NCBI GenBank assembly: GCA_002256025.1
Contig: NKIB01014652.1
Location: forward strand, 1 to 41,730
DNA length: 41,730 nt
Source of the DNA: Asterionella formosa
Lineage: Eukaryota
Reading direction: 5' to 3'
The notes beneath the pieces were generated by a model. It had not been told where the DNA came from. It did no database searches and saw only the letters and a list, made by a program, of their open reading frames with translations. Both the position numbers and the translations under genes were made by a program. Positions within the stretch are counted from its first letter, which is position 1. The number at the start of each line of letters is the position of its first letter. Below, piece by piece: positions 21,943 to 33,854 of the stretch.

Positions 21943-24360
21943 ATGCATTCCTCAGCTACCACGGCGACAGCACTGCTGTTAAGCTTACTTTCTTCTAGTC
22001 ATGCCTTGTACATTCCAAAATCCACCACTCGCTCGTCAGTCGTTATGCACATGTCGTCTAGAGCGGAGCTGTCGGCGCAAATGAATGACATTCGAGCACA
22101 AATTGCAGAGAATGAAGAAGCCAACATGATGATGCAAGCTCTTCGTGGTCAAAATCTCAATGACGACGACTCAGCCATGGTTGGACTTGAAATGAAGCTT
22201 GTCAATGTCGGTGACGGCGTCTTGCCCTTGTACTACGATCCGCTTGTTCTCCGGGCATTTTTTCGTAAACGTCCCCTGGCTGTCCTAACGAGAATCATAC
22301 AAGTCACGACTGTGGGGGGTGGTGTTTTCCTGAATACTTTCCTTGACAAACTATTGGGTCGGTTGGAAAAGAATCCAGATTTAGAAGTCCAACGTGCCGC
22401 TGAGTTGCGAGATATAATCACATCCTTGGGTCCCTTCTTTATCAAACTTGGACAGGCCTTGTCGATTCGTCCAGATGTTTTGTCACCACGATCCATGGTG
22501 GAACTTCAAAAATTGTGCGACAAAGTACCATCGTTTGACTCTAAAATTGCATTTGAAACCATTGAACAAGAATTGGGAAAACCTGTCTCGGAACTATTTT
22601 CAGAGATTACTCCTGAACCAGTGGCAGCGGCCTCCTTGGGTCAAGTTTATCAAGCAACACTGCGAAATGGCGGAGACGTGGTGGCGGTCAAGGTCCAACG
22701 ACCAGCTGTTCTGGAAACCGTTTCCTTGGACCTATACTTAGCTCGAGAATTGGGGATGATAGCCCGCAACATTCCTGCTTTGTCAAGTCGATTGGATGCA
22801 GTCGCGCTGCTCGATGAATTTGCTTTTCGTTTTTACCAAGAATTGGATTATAACAAGGAGTGTGCCAATGGGATACGCATCAAGGAAGAAATGAAGGTAC
22901 TGCCGATGGTAGTTATTCCAGGGAACTATCCTGAGTATACATCACGACGAGTGCATGTTGCAGAATGGGTGAATGGCGAGAAGTTGTCTCAAAGCAAAGC
23001 AGACGATGTCGGTGCTTTGGTTAATTTGGGTGTGATAACTTACCTTACCCAATTGTTGGACAGCGGCTTTTTTCATGCAGGTGAGTTTTTTTTAATTGTG
23101 TGATGGTTGCTTTTGTTACAAATTCATTGCTGACCCACTCTACCCTTTTTCTGATTTCACGACACAACAGACCCTCATCCAGGGAACATGATGAGAACTA
23201 CAGATGGAAAGCTAGCAATTCTCGATTTCGGTCTTATGACGGAAATCACGAACGATCAAAAGTATGGTATGATCGAAGCTATTGCTCATCTGCTCAACCG
23301 TGATTACACTGAGATCGGCCAAGATTTCATCAACTTGGATTTCATCCCAAAAGGAACCGACACTACACCGATCGTTCCAGCCCTCACCAAAGTATTTGAT
23401 GTAGCTCTGGCAGGAGGCGGAGCGAAGAGTATTAACTTTCAGGAACTCGCTGCAGACTTGGCACAAATAACCTTTGATTATCCCTTTTCCATACCTCCGT
23501 ATTTTGCATTGGTAATTCGTGCCATTTCGGTTTTGGAAGGAATTGCCCTGGTTGGTAACCCTAACTTTGCAATCATTGATGAAGCGTACCCGTATATTGC
23601 TCGTCGCTTAATGACAGACAACTCTCCTCGTCTACGGGCGGCATTGCGATACATGGTTTACGGACGGGAGGGTTCCTTTGATGCCGACAAGGTGATTGAT
23701 TTGTTGCAAGCATTGGAGAAGTTTTCGTCCATTCGAAATGATGGCGATGGATCAGCATTTAAGGTGGACGGAGTGAGAGGCACTCGCAACATGGGATCAG
23801 CCGGTGATTTTCGCGGATCCAAAAAGGTGGACACATCTGATCGTGATACTGACGTTGGTGATGGCAAGTTTCGGATAACAAGCGCCAATGGCGTCCAACA
23901 GCAATTTCAAACCGAGGAAGACAAGCGTACAGCCCGAGAAGCACTTCGGTTCTTTTTCTCTCCTGAAGGGAAAGTTTTCCGTGAATTCATGTTGGAAGAA
24001 ATTGTCACTGTTGTGGATGCTTCTGGCCGTGACGCAATTCAAGAGCTCGCACGTACATTGGGTTTGGCAAATCTTCCTGTCCCTTCATTTTTCCGAGCCC
24101 TCAATCCAACCTTAACAGACGGAGATCGCCGCATGGTCGAACAGATTCGAATACTTGTTCAATTCTTACTGGGTGATTTTGATGGAGCTGCTTCACAAGC
24201 TTCAACAAACGATCGCCTGCGTAAGTTGATTCCCGTCGCTCGCGAGTTTGCACCGCAATTACGGGACTTTGGTACTTTGTTGGTGACAAGATTAACTGAA
24301 AAGGGCATTTCTAGAGGGTTGAACTGGGCGTCAAGTCGATTGACCCGTGTGGCAGCGTAA
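21943..24360 (+). CDS. ABC1K/UbiB atypical kinase, probably plastid-targeted; exons 21943-23080 and 23171-24360
   Basis: FIKLGQALSIRPD, AAASLGQV, VAVKVQRP. An intron at 23081-23170 restores FFHADPHPGN; LDFG follows. Signal peptide ends SHA-L. Confidence 0.95.
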
Positions 24361-24921
24361 ACTAAAATACAGAGAGTGAATAAAGGATTATGACGGGGCA
24401 CTTTTCAGAATGCTCTTGTGTAGTTTTTAGGCAGAGTACGATGGTAGAGTACTGCAAAATCAATCCAATCTAGTTTTGCTTGTCGGGCAATGATCATACC
24501 AGTTGGCATGGGGGACATTTTGGTACCGATAGATAAAGTGGAATTGATTGTATTCGTTTCTCTGCTGCTTGCACTGCCGTTAGGAGTGTGAGAATCTGGT
24601 GTCCTAGGTAAAGGTTGAAATGGGCTGGTCGCTTAGTAATTCTGACGAAGATTCATGCATAATTTTATGACTTGGAAGAATGCAGCTGAGGAGAAGAAAT
24701 TTAAATGCAATTGCTCGGATTATTCCAAGGGCTGACACAGTGATTTAGCTCTGAGAGGCTGTGCAAGTTGGTGTTTGCTTGAAAAAAAAGGGGTGAAGCA
24801 GACGATGGAACCACAAATATTACTTCGCCTTCAGACATTTTCATGTCATCAAACCTGATGAATGGATCAAATGGTAGGACTGAATAGCAATTGCGTTCAC
24901 TCACGTCATTCAACGTCAACC

Positions 24922-25383
24922 TCAACTCTGCCTTTTCGGCTGTAGTGCATCCGTCTTACCCCGAGCTTGGTTTTGATCGGTGGTCTGCCAATATCCACGA
25001 CCCCAAGCCAAATAGGCGGCCCAGGAAATAATAACGCTTATCATGTATCCATATGGTCCATGAGGGTGTGGCTCCATTGTAAAATGGGCACGCAAAAATC
25101 CACCAAAATGAAATACAGAATAGAGCGCATTGGCCCAAAGAACAGATTGCCTAAGGACCAAGTTAGTTGGATGTGACAAAACTGCCCAACTCATTGCAGA
25201 AAAAATGGCATCTCCAGAAGCGGCAATGGTGCACCAGAAAATGGCAGTTGGCGACGGCGTTCCTCCAAAATACTCTACCGTGCCCGCAGGCAAGCAAACG
25301 TAAAGCGCAATGGACGGCATGGGGCCGAGAAAGCCTAACCAAAAATACACTTTTTGGAGATCGGTAAGTCCTTCTTGCTCCAT
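24922..25383 (-). CDS. Small multi-pass membrane protein of unknown function (start uncertain; frame open to 25518)
   Basis: About four hydrophobic segments with intramembrane Asp/His residues (ASGDAIF, VFHFGG, AHFTMEPHPHG). Confidence 0.6.
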   Translation of the reverse strand: MEQEGLTDLQKVYFWLGFLGPMPSIALYVCLPAGTVEYFGGTPSPTAIFWCTIAASGDAIFSAMSWAVLSHPTNLVLRQSVLWANALYSVFHFGGFLRAHFTMEPHPHGPYGYMISVIISWAAYLAWGRGYWQTTDQNQARGKTDALQPKRQS

Positions 25384-25899
25384 GATAAATGCTGATGATG
25401 ACTTCTTGAAAATTGGAGTGAAGGCAGTGGATATATTTGCTTCACGCGACCTTGTCCCGTTTCTCGTCATTGTAGTACTGAGTGTATATACTCCCATCTG
25501 TAAAGCATCATCTATCACTTTTTCTGCATCCTGAGTTGAATAGCAACTTATACCTCTCTGCCCATCGTGGATACTCCACCACTACTACTAACTTCCTGTC
25601 TCTTAACAATCCTGCCAGGGCTGTTGTTTCTCCTCTATTACTATTTTCTTGTCCCACAACAGTCCTGTCCAACAACAGTCCTGTCCATCGTGGTTATTCC
25701 CCTACAAACAAGTTCCGGTCCCACAACAGTCATGTCCATCGTGGTAACTCCACTATTAATAATTTCCTGTCTCTCAAACTTGACTGTTGTCAACTGGCAA
25801 CAACTCCTAGCTTCTACTTTTATCATTTAACATTTAGCTCACTTTATTCCAAAACATAGAGTCTACAAGCCTTCATTTAAGTTACTATTCTTCAATTAT

Positions 25900-28075
25900 C
25901 TAGAGTTTCCATAACACTTTCAAGTTCCTGTGGGGAGCTATTGGTAGTATAAATCAAAGTTAGTTTATAAAGTATTACCCACAGTTTGATGCGTCCTCTC
26001 ACAAACTGCATTGGCTTGATGGGGTTACTCACACTAATTGGTGCATTCCTTATGCCCCATTGCCATAGAAGTGCTTGGAAAATTTCTCCCATATATTCTG
26101 TTCCTTGATCACGGGATAAAATGCACTGGTCTGGGATACTTAAATAACCAATTCATTCCAAATGCTTTTGCTGCATCTTTTGCACTTGTTGTGCCCACTT
26201 GTTGAATTTCCACTAAATTAGTAACTGTATCAATCATTGTTAATGCATAAAATTTTCGGTTCTCACGGTTAGCCAATTCAATGTCCCAAGGTCCAATTGT
26301 GTCAATTGCCACTGCATACCATGGTGCAAGTACTGCTTCTCTTGGAGCTAGATGTCCATATCCATGATCCAGCAGTTTATGATTTTGACAAGTTTTGCAG
26401 CTTTGCACATAGGTATCAATCTTTTCACATAGTTGAGGATGATATAAAATTCTTAACATTGTTGTATTGTTGAAAACAAATTGTCCCATCCTGTATGATT
26501 CAATTTCTTGTGAAACCACAAGATCGTAGCATGTACCCTTTTACCTGGTGGTATCATTATTGTAAAATTGTGAGTTCCCCTCTGTTTATAGCATACCAAT
26601 TATGCTTCACCAAATATTTGATATGTATAGCACCTTGGATCCACATTAGGTAAACCCCATAATGCTTCCTGTAGTTGCTGCTCTCTCATTAACATTAAAT
26701 AGTTCACTGGATTCCATTCACCTTCTGGCTCCACATTCAAATGTTCACGTAAGCTTACTTCAGACAAATAACACTCTGGAAACACTTGATCATCCAGCAC
26801 AATAGAACAATAAATGATAAAAGCATAAAATTCATCACTGTCCAATTACTTTAAATCATCCTATCATATGTGTGTGCCGGACCATATGGACCTGGTGCTT
26901 CCTTCCCTTCCGAGAGGGGTGCTCGGCTGAAAAATCGCAATAATATTGTCGGAACCGTTGACAATTACAAAGCCGCTTGCATTCTTTTTTAAATACTACT
27001 GAATGTTTGTGAGGTACTAGGAAAGGTATAAAGTGTTCTGGTTTTGTACCATCCTTCATTTCCAAATGAATTTTCTTCCATACAAATTTCTTTAATTATT
27101 CTTTAAAGAGATTTTCAATCCTTGAAAGGTTGCTCTCAATTGCATCATTTGAGTTTTGTTTAGATGTTTTTGTTGGAGAATCAAGTCATCCACAGCAATA
27201 CGCTCATATGTAGCCTCTTTAATCTCTCCCAAATTTAATCTCTCTCAAATTCAATCTCCTCCAGTTCTTCATCTGAGTGATCATTATTGACGAAAAAACT
27301 CGGTGTCTCACCTTTCTTTTTCATTAAAACTCGGGGTCCTTCCATTCTTATTGTTTTGTCAGAATAGCAAATATCAATTTTTAACTAGTGCAACCAGTCT
27401 CTTCCAACAATTGTATCATAGCACACATTAGGGTTGTCAAAAACAAATATTTCCCCTTTCTAATTTCAGAGATTGCGTAAATTCTGAAAACTCTGGAAAA
27501 ACTAATGTTTTGAAGTTTCACTGAGCGGTTTGTCCTTGTTTCGCCACTCAACGTTGTGGCTCTCAAATTTTCACTATGACATGATGGCATTGCTCCAATA
27601 GGCAAAATTGTGTTGTTCAAAAATGATCGTGTGCTTCCTGGATCGTAGTATCATGAGAGATTTCTTCATTTCTTTTCGTTGAATATTCTGTACTTGTTAA
27701 TTGTGCATGGTAAATCTCCATTAAAATTTTCAGGTTCTTGTTCTATTTCATTGTTATTCATTGTACAATTTTCATTCACATGAAAATGTTCACATAGATA
27801 AGTCTTATCGCATGTATGTTAATCTTTACCTTTGTTATCATCTTTTAATGTCATTCCTGATTCCAATCAGGCATCGTTCCCGATATCATCCAAATAATGA
27901 TCACTGTTGATGTTTCTGCTTCGACGATCCCTGTCGTCTTATTATTGGAGATCGTATTTGAGCCATTTACTTGACTTCTTCCGCAGCCATCATTGTTGTT
28001 TTCATTATTATAAGAATGGTAGGAGTCACCGATCCTTGAGCCATTTCCTGGACCCAGGCTGATATTATTTCCATT
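25900..28075 (-). mobile_element. Degenerate Ty3/Gypsy-like LTR retrotransposon: gag C-terminus, protease, pol remnants, integrase
   Basis: Integrase CKTCQ..YGHLAPRE..PWYAVAIDTIGPW..ALTMIDTVTNLVEI..WLFKYPRP at 26109-26519. Protease-like DPGSTRSFL near 27645 and pre-RT segment near 26960-27065. Many frameshifts; no RT core seen. Confidence 0.8.
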
Positions 28076-28079
28076 ATAA

Positions 28080-29759
28080 TTATAAATAACTTCATTTCTT
28101 AAGCGTCTTAAAACTACACAACTTTGAATAGTGCAGCTCGCATGGCGCTTCCTGGCGTCGCCAGCCTAGATTCCGAAGTGAGAATCAACCCATGATCAGC
28201 CCAATAGACGTGGTGACAAAGGGCGCTGGTACGCGGGGAAAAGGTGGATACACTCCCTCGAATTGGAGCCATATTAAGTGTGCTTATTGCTGCCTGTGGT
28301 GATAAATGTTGATTTGCCTTTCCCTTGTCTTACAGACCTGAAAAGAAAGTGGATAACTTGGTTTGAGTTGTCGGAGGCTGGGCTAGGACCGGGGCTTCTG
28401 CAGACTCTCTTGGTGGTACTTTGGTGCTGGGAGTCGTGAAAAAAATTTGTGGATAGATTGCTGGCTTGTTTTTGGCCAACTCTGATGATTCTTTGAACAG
28501 AATATCTGCCTTTTCAAGAAACCTACCGGTATGTTCCGTTCCCAGGCGTGATTTCAGAATATCAATCAGTGGATGCATAAATAAGTGAGCATCTCTTACA
28601 CAAATCTCATGTTGATTTGCATAAAAATTATCTGATGCGGGCGTCACTATCCGATTGGGAAATGGTTGTGTTGAGGGAATTGTGGAGAACCTCGTTCCTC
28701 TCTTTCCGTGCCTTCTTTGTTGCCATTGACCAGAGCTTTATAATTGCCTCTGAAGTCCAATTGTGAGCGGTCTGGAGGTGGTGCTCCTCTGATGCTGCCA
28801 TTATAGCAGACCCCTATCTAGTAGATAGGTAACCCCTCAGGGTGAAGATACAGCCTATCTGACGTTGCTGCTGAATTGCCTCCTGAATAATAGCTTTTTC
28901 TGATGGATTTGTGCCGGGAACAAAATGTTCGGGAAAATGTTCCATTGGTGAATGCAAAAGATGAGTGGAGTGATCAGTACAAGGAAGTCAAGAAAACAAC
29001 CTCGACTTACTGTCGAATTCAATGATAATACAAAATCGTTTATAATTCTCGATATTCCTTTTATTAACCAAAAATAGTCAAGATTTGAAATTTATTTAGG
29101 AAAATATTTTATCATTGATATTAACGATTATTCATTTTATAGGTTTTTAGTTTAAAAAAGTAATCACGAGTTCCCCAGACCAACCCATTGTGTATATATA
29201 AACACTTTTGTGCAAGGATTGTATTTTCTCCGCCTGGACCCTTTTTTGGGAAGCCAGCCATGGATAAATTTGGATAGCACAATTTTTCCCTTTCCTTTCT
29301 GCTTCCTGAATGCGGTAGAAAACTCCTCCCAACTAATATATTTATATCGAAACAAAATCCTGTGTTTCTGTATGAAGAATTCCCTGTAGTTTGCTTCTTG
29401 AATACTGACCCGCATCCAACTAGAGGTGGCGCTATGAATTTGTGTGGTGCCCAGCAACCAAGAGGCTAGCTTGCATTGTTGGAAAGTGAGAACTGTTGGA
29501 CTCCGGATGGCCCAGAGTCCCTTGAGGATTAGTATTACTCAAGTAAGCGTCGGCAAGCTCATCGGTGTGGATATTTAGCTTTGCTCCTTTTGTCCATGAT
29601 GTATTCCTAGGATTTCTGTCTTGATGTGACCGAACCCATGCAATTTTTGTGGAAATGGGTAGTTGGTGGATTAATTGAGCCTATTGAGACAACACTATGT
29701 CTGCATTGTTGGGGGGGGGGGGGGGGGGGGGAGACCGGGGGCNNNNNNNNNNCCCCCCC

Positions 29760-29801
<42 letters not shown>

Positions 29802-30225
29802 TTCCCGGGGCCAGGGCCTGAGAGAGCTTCCCTATATGGCCAAGAGCAGCTACGCTATCGCTCCAGATTTTCAGTTTAATTCCTGTTTGAATTTGAAAAC
29901 GATTTTATAAATTCCGAGAGAAATGTGATAACCGATGCTATAGCAAAAATTTCTGACCATGTAGAGCTATTCCCCTCCTTTTCCCCATCAATTGGGCCCG
30001 CACAGAAAGCAATTTCATCAGGGACGAGAAGTCCATGCAAAAGAGGCTGCTCCCTGTTAAGGGGAACCATCTGCACCAATGTACCATGGTATGAACCCCA
30101 GTGAGAGATGGCGGCATAAACGGGTTTTGCTGGCTATCGGTAAATTCAGGGAACCCAACAGATTTTGGGAGATCTTCGGTAGCGACTGAATATGGGAACG
30201 GAATGTCAGCCGAATCTGGTCCCTG
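28080..30225 (-). mobile_element. 5'-truncated non-LTR retrotransposon remnant with RNase H (Ambal-like)
   Basis: RNase H motifs AGPIDG..SSTWSEIFAI and KIAWVRSHQD..AKLNIHTDELAD, downstream WEEF..KFIHGWLP, and an AT-rich 3' tail near 28080-28100. Clade assignment is inference. Confidence 0.7.
29711..29801. other. Assembly gap (10 N at 29743-29752) flanked by poly-G and poly-C
   Basis: N run with homopolymer flanks. Confidence 0.95.
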
Positions 30226-30229
30226 GGGT

Positions 30230-30754
30230 TTCCCCACTCTCTGCAGGTAAATCGTTAGCATACAAGCAAAGAATCTGTGCAAATCTAGACAATTTCATCA
30301 CAAAAATTGATCTAGTTTTAGTAGTAGAATGTAAATAATCCAGCAAAGTGCGATACGCAGTTTCATCCACAAGTGATGCAACAAAGGACCTGAAAGTGTC
30401 ACGAAAAGTATTCTCTCTGTCAGCTTCCACCACTTCCTCAGACACCAAATCCCAAGCTGAGCGAGCATGCCCACGCAAAATATCACGGTAAAATTCAAAC
30501 CACTCTGCTCCATCAAGTGTTAGCTTCCTTGCTGTCTCCGTAAACTCATGAAAATAGTATAGGACCTGTTCCACATTCTCCAGATCATGTGTTGGAACTT
30601 TCACTTTCTTCTTTTTCCCGTTGTCATATGATGTTATTAACAATTCCACTGTTGGGAACTCATCCACCTCTAATGCTGTAACAAAAAGCAATGGTGAACA
30701 TGTCTCCATCTGAATCCTCTTCTCATAGACCTTCCTCCCACTCATGGTATACAA
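30230..30754 (-). mobile_element. Gag-like N-terminal remnant of an LTR retrotransposon
   Basis: FEFYRDILRGHARSAWDLV..LLDYLHSTTK..LYANDLP resembles retrotransposon gag; same strand as, and upstream of, the pol remnants. Confidence 0.6.
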
Positions 30755-31499
30755 ACAAAATGATGTTTAAACAACTGTACCTTGTGATTTCTTTGTCTGA
30801 TCAGAATGCACAACCCTAAGGTAATACAGTCTACAAATGATTTTGCAAAACATAAATTATGAGAATATAAAATAGTTTGCAAACCCAGAGGTGAACCTCA
30901 ATTCGAGAAGCCAGAGAAGTTTACGTGAAGAAACCCAGGCCGCAAGAAGGAGTACGGATCTTTTCAACAGGGTATTTGTTGTGTTCATCCAAGTAGTAAT
31001 ACTAAGCATCCCGGATAAGGAATGACTTGGAGGACTCAAATATAGTAGCAGACAGCCGATTGCTTTGCCGATTCAGCGGCCAGACCGGACAGTGCTGTCG
31101 CCACTCACAATATGATGATGGATTGGCATGAAATTATATTTCATACATCAAAATTAAAAATCACGATGAATGGAGTGAATATCATAAATGCATACCCTAT
31201 TGGCAATAACCCCAGTTAGGTGCAGCTTTGTCTTGCGTAACATGTGCAGTAGATGATAATTATCTGTTGGCTTGCTGGTTGGATGAGTGGCTTGCCTGTA
31301 TTCAAAGTGATGCGCCGCGTCTGCGTGATTTTTGCCCTTCAAATTTGAGGGGCCAATGCCAGTGATTTGGGAGGAGGGTCTCATTTAGGTGGGGTTGATG
31401 CCCAAAGATGGGTGGGTGTTGTCTGCTGTCAAGGAAGTGGCTCTGTTGATGCCTGCAAGTGTTGGCATGGCTGACCCCTCAAGGTCCTCAACTGGTATT

Positions 31500-31660
31500 A
31501 TACATGAACTCCCATATTTAGCAGCCCCCTTTCTTATAGAATACATTCCTAAATCCTCCCAGGAAATCCCAAGATCAAGAAGCTCATCCTTATGGTTCCT
31601 CAAAACCTGTTTTAATAAATTGGCAAATCTCCTGAATTGGTGATGGCCTGGACACAACTG
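31500..31660 (-). pseudogene. Crypton-like tyrosine recombinase C-terminal fragment
   Basis: PGHHQFRRFANLL..DLGMYSIRKGAAKY resembles the GTHSIRKGAATY (HxxR) box, with the His replaced by Tyr. Confidence 0.7.
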
Positions 31661-32738
31661 GCTGTTACTTTCAAGATAGATAACCGGGTCTGTTCAGTAG
31701 ATGCCTGATGATGGACCATGCCTGTTAGATATGTATGTACCATTATATTTATGTACAGCAGCCATCACTAGTACCAGTACCTCATGGTAGTCTACCAGTA
31801 TCAGTATAAACCAGTAGTCTACTATTTGGGATCACTCAGAATGCAAGTAGAGTATTTATGAAATGTGTGGTATGTATGTACACTAGCTCAGGTACCTGCA
31901 AGTAAATTTGATTTGTACTGCTGTAGTAGGGGGAAGATGAGACAGCAACTCCATCTAGACCATGACGAAATTAATGGACTGAATATCTCCAAGAAAATTG
32001 TCAATAAATCATTCCAACTTCACATGTATATCTAGCCTAACAAAGAAGAGGTAATCGTTCAATACGAAAATTTCTTGCACCAGTATTGACAACAACAAAT
32101 CATGACGTACCATTTTAATCTTCGGAACCATGAGGCGGCAATGAAATTTTCTGAGTACGGACATCGAAGATTTTGCCGTAGTAGCTTTTGAATCTTCGAT
32201 CTTCATATTCCGGTCAATGTAAGCATCAGCCTTAAAGTAGCAATTTCGCTGATTGTGTTTTGCTTAAGTAGGTTAACTTAAATTAGTAATTTTGCTTATT
32301 TTGTGACGTAACGCAAACTGCCATGACACACACCTACAACCTATTTGTTCTTACTGTAGCTGATTAAGATACTAATGCCGGTAAACTTATTTGTAAGATG
32401 AAGTGGCTGAACCATCATGTGTATTGCAAATTTATTATACCTCTAGCTAGATTCATGCACAGGATATGTATACCAGGTACCAAGATAACAGGCTAACTAT
32501 TATTATTTAGATGAAAAAATGCTATTCCTTTGTATATAGAATAATCCGCTATATTGTCGCAGTAGTCGTAGTTGCAAGCGGCTGGAGAATCCTTCATCAA
32601 CATGTTGTTGCAGCAGGATGTACAACTGAATTAAAGACTATGTTTGTCTAGTTTAAGCAAAATGTTAGTAGTTTTAGAAAATAATTGCTTAAAGTTTTTG
32701 CTTAATGTGTGTTTGATTCAAGTTGTTTTTTTGCTTCA

Positions 32739-33854
32739 GGTTGCGGCCCCGCAGTTACATATTGCGAGGTCCGTTTTTTCCCAAAATAATTTTATGATGT
32801 ACCTTAATCCACACATTACGTACAAGTACATGAAATAGTTAAAGGTAAAATTAGCTTTCGCCAATACGACCACTTTGCACATGCTTAGATACAGTCATGG
32901 GTCGACTAAGGGGTATGTTCTATCTTCGGATATGTTAAGGACCTCATTCTAGAAAGAAACTGCAGTTATGTATCGTAGAATCGTACCTATCGCAAAAATA
33001 GTCAAAAAAAAGGGCTACGAAGCTTTTCTAAAAATCTACGATACATAACTGCAGTTTCTCTCCAGAACTTAACTCCTGACGTAACAGGGTACACGGCTAT
33101 CTACTTTAATCTTGATGAAACCCCACAGATGTAGAGCAATCCTCCTCCCAAAAGTCGACCCGATCGGCTTTTTCAACAGTCGCCAAAATATTGGAATCGG
33201 AATTTGTATGTGTAAAACGTTCTCGTAGACTTAGAGTCTTGCGTAGGTATGTTTTGCTGCTTAACTCTCAGTCCGAAAAGACTCCAGGGTACGTTGCCGC
33301 GTCACTGCACATATTCTGATTGGTTGAATTGAATGTACTTACCTGCTCCAGATTGGCTGAATTATTCCGGTCTTGTAAAATCACGCCAGCCACACTTGAA
33401 CCGCACGGATTAGAAGTACCATACAAGCAGGTAAAATCAGTGCCGGTACACCGGTACTAGTTTCAAGCTGTCTTCCATCACAATGAACCGAGAATATGTG
33501 GTAACGGTACACCGGTACTCTGGTACCCAACATGGAGCAGCGAAGATTAGATATAACGTATAAACACGAACCATGAGCATACATGTTGGCATACTCCTGA
33601 TTTATATATGTGTTTTGGGGTTGAACAAAATCATGTCTACATTCGGCAATGGAGATATAACACTTGCGTTTAAATATCATTTTTGTTTGTTTCAAATGGA
33701 ACTCTATCAATCTGGCGCCGATTCCTATTTAATTTAAATATTCAAATGGACACTCGAATCATGGGAATTCATAGTAGGAAACTCCCTGTTCCACGCCGTT
33801 TTTACAGCCCTTAAGATATTTTCTCCAAACTAGGGTTCAGCTGGGGCCGCAACC
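32739..33854 (-). mobile_element. Non-autonomous TIR DNA transposon (1116 bp), Kolobok- or Harbinger-like termini
   Basis: TIR GGTTGCGGCCCC at 32739-32750 and its reverse complement at 33843-33854. Flanks are TTCA and TTAA (TTAA duplication with one mismatch). A second copy lies at 254-1401; no convincing ORF. Confidence 0.85.
32947..33067. repeat. 35-bp inverted repeat homologous to 576-695
   Basis: Arms 32947-32981 and 33033-33067 are complementary at 32 of 35 positions. Confidence 0.95.

Noticed and set aside
26856..26962. Possible nested LTR fragment starting TGTCAACGG on the minus strand
   Set aside because: No partner LTR, PBS or target duplication found in the window.
29626..29910. 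Poly-Gly/poly-Pro ORFs and apparent G-quadruplex or G/C inverted repeat
   Set aside because: Homopolymers flank an N gap and are probably sequencing or assembly artefacts.
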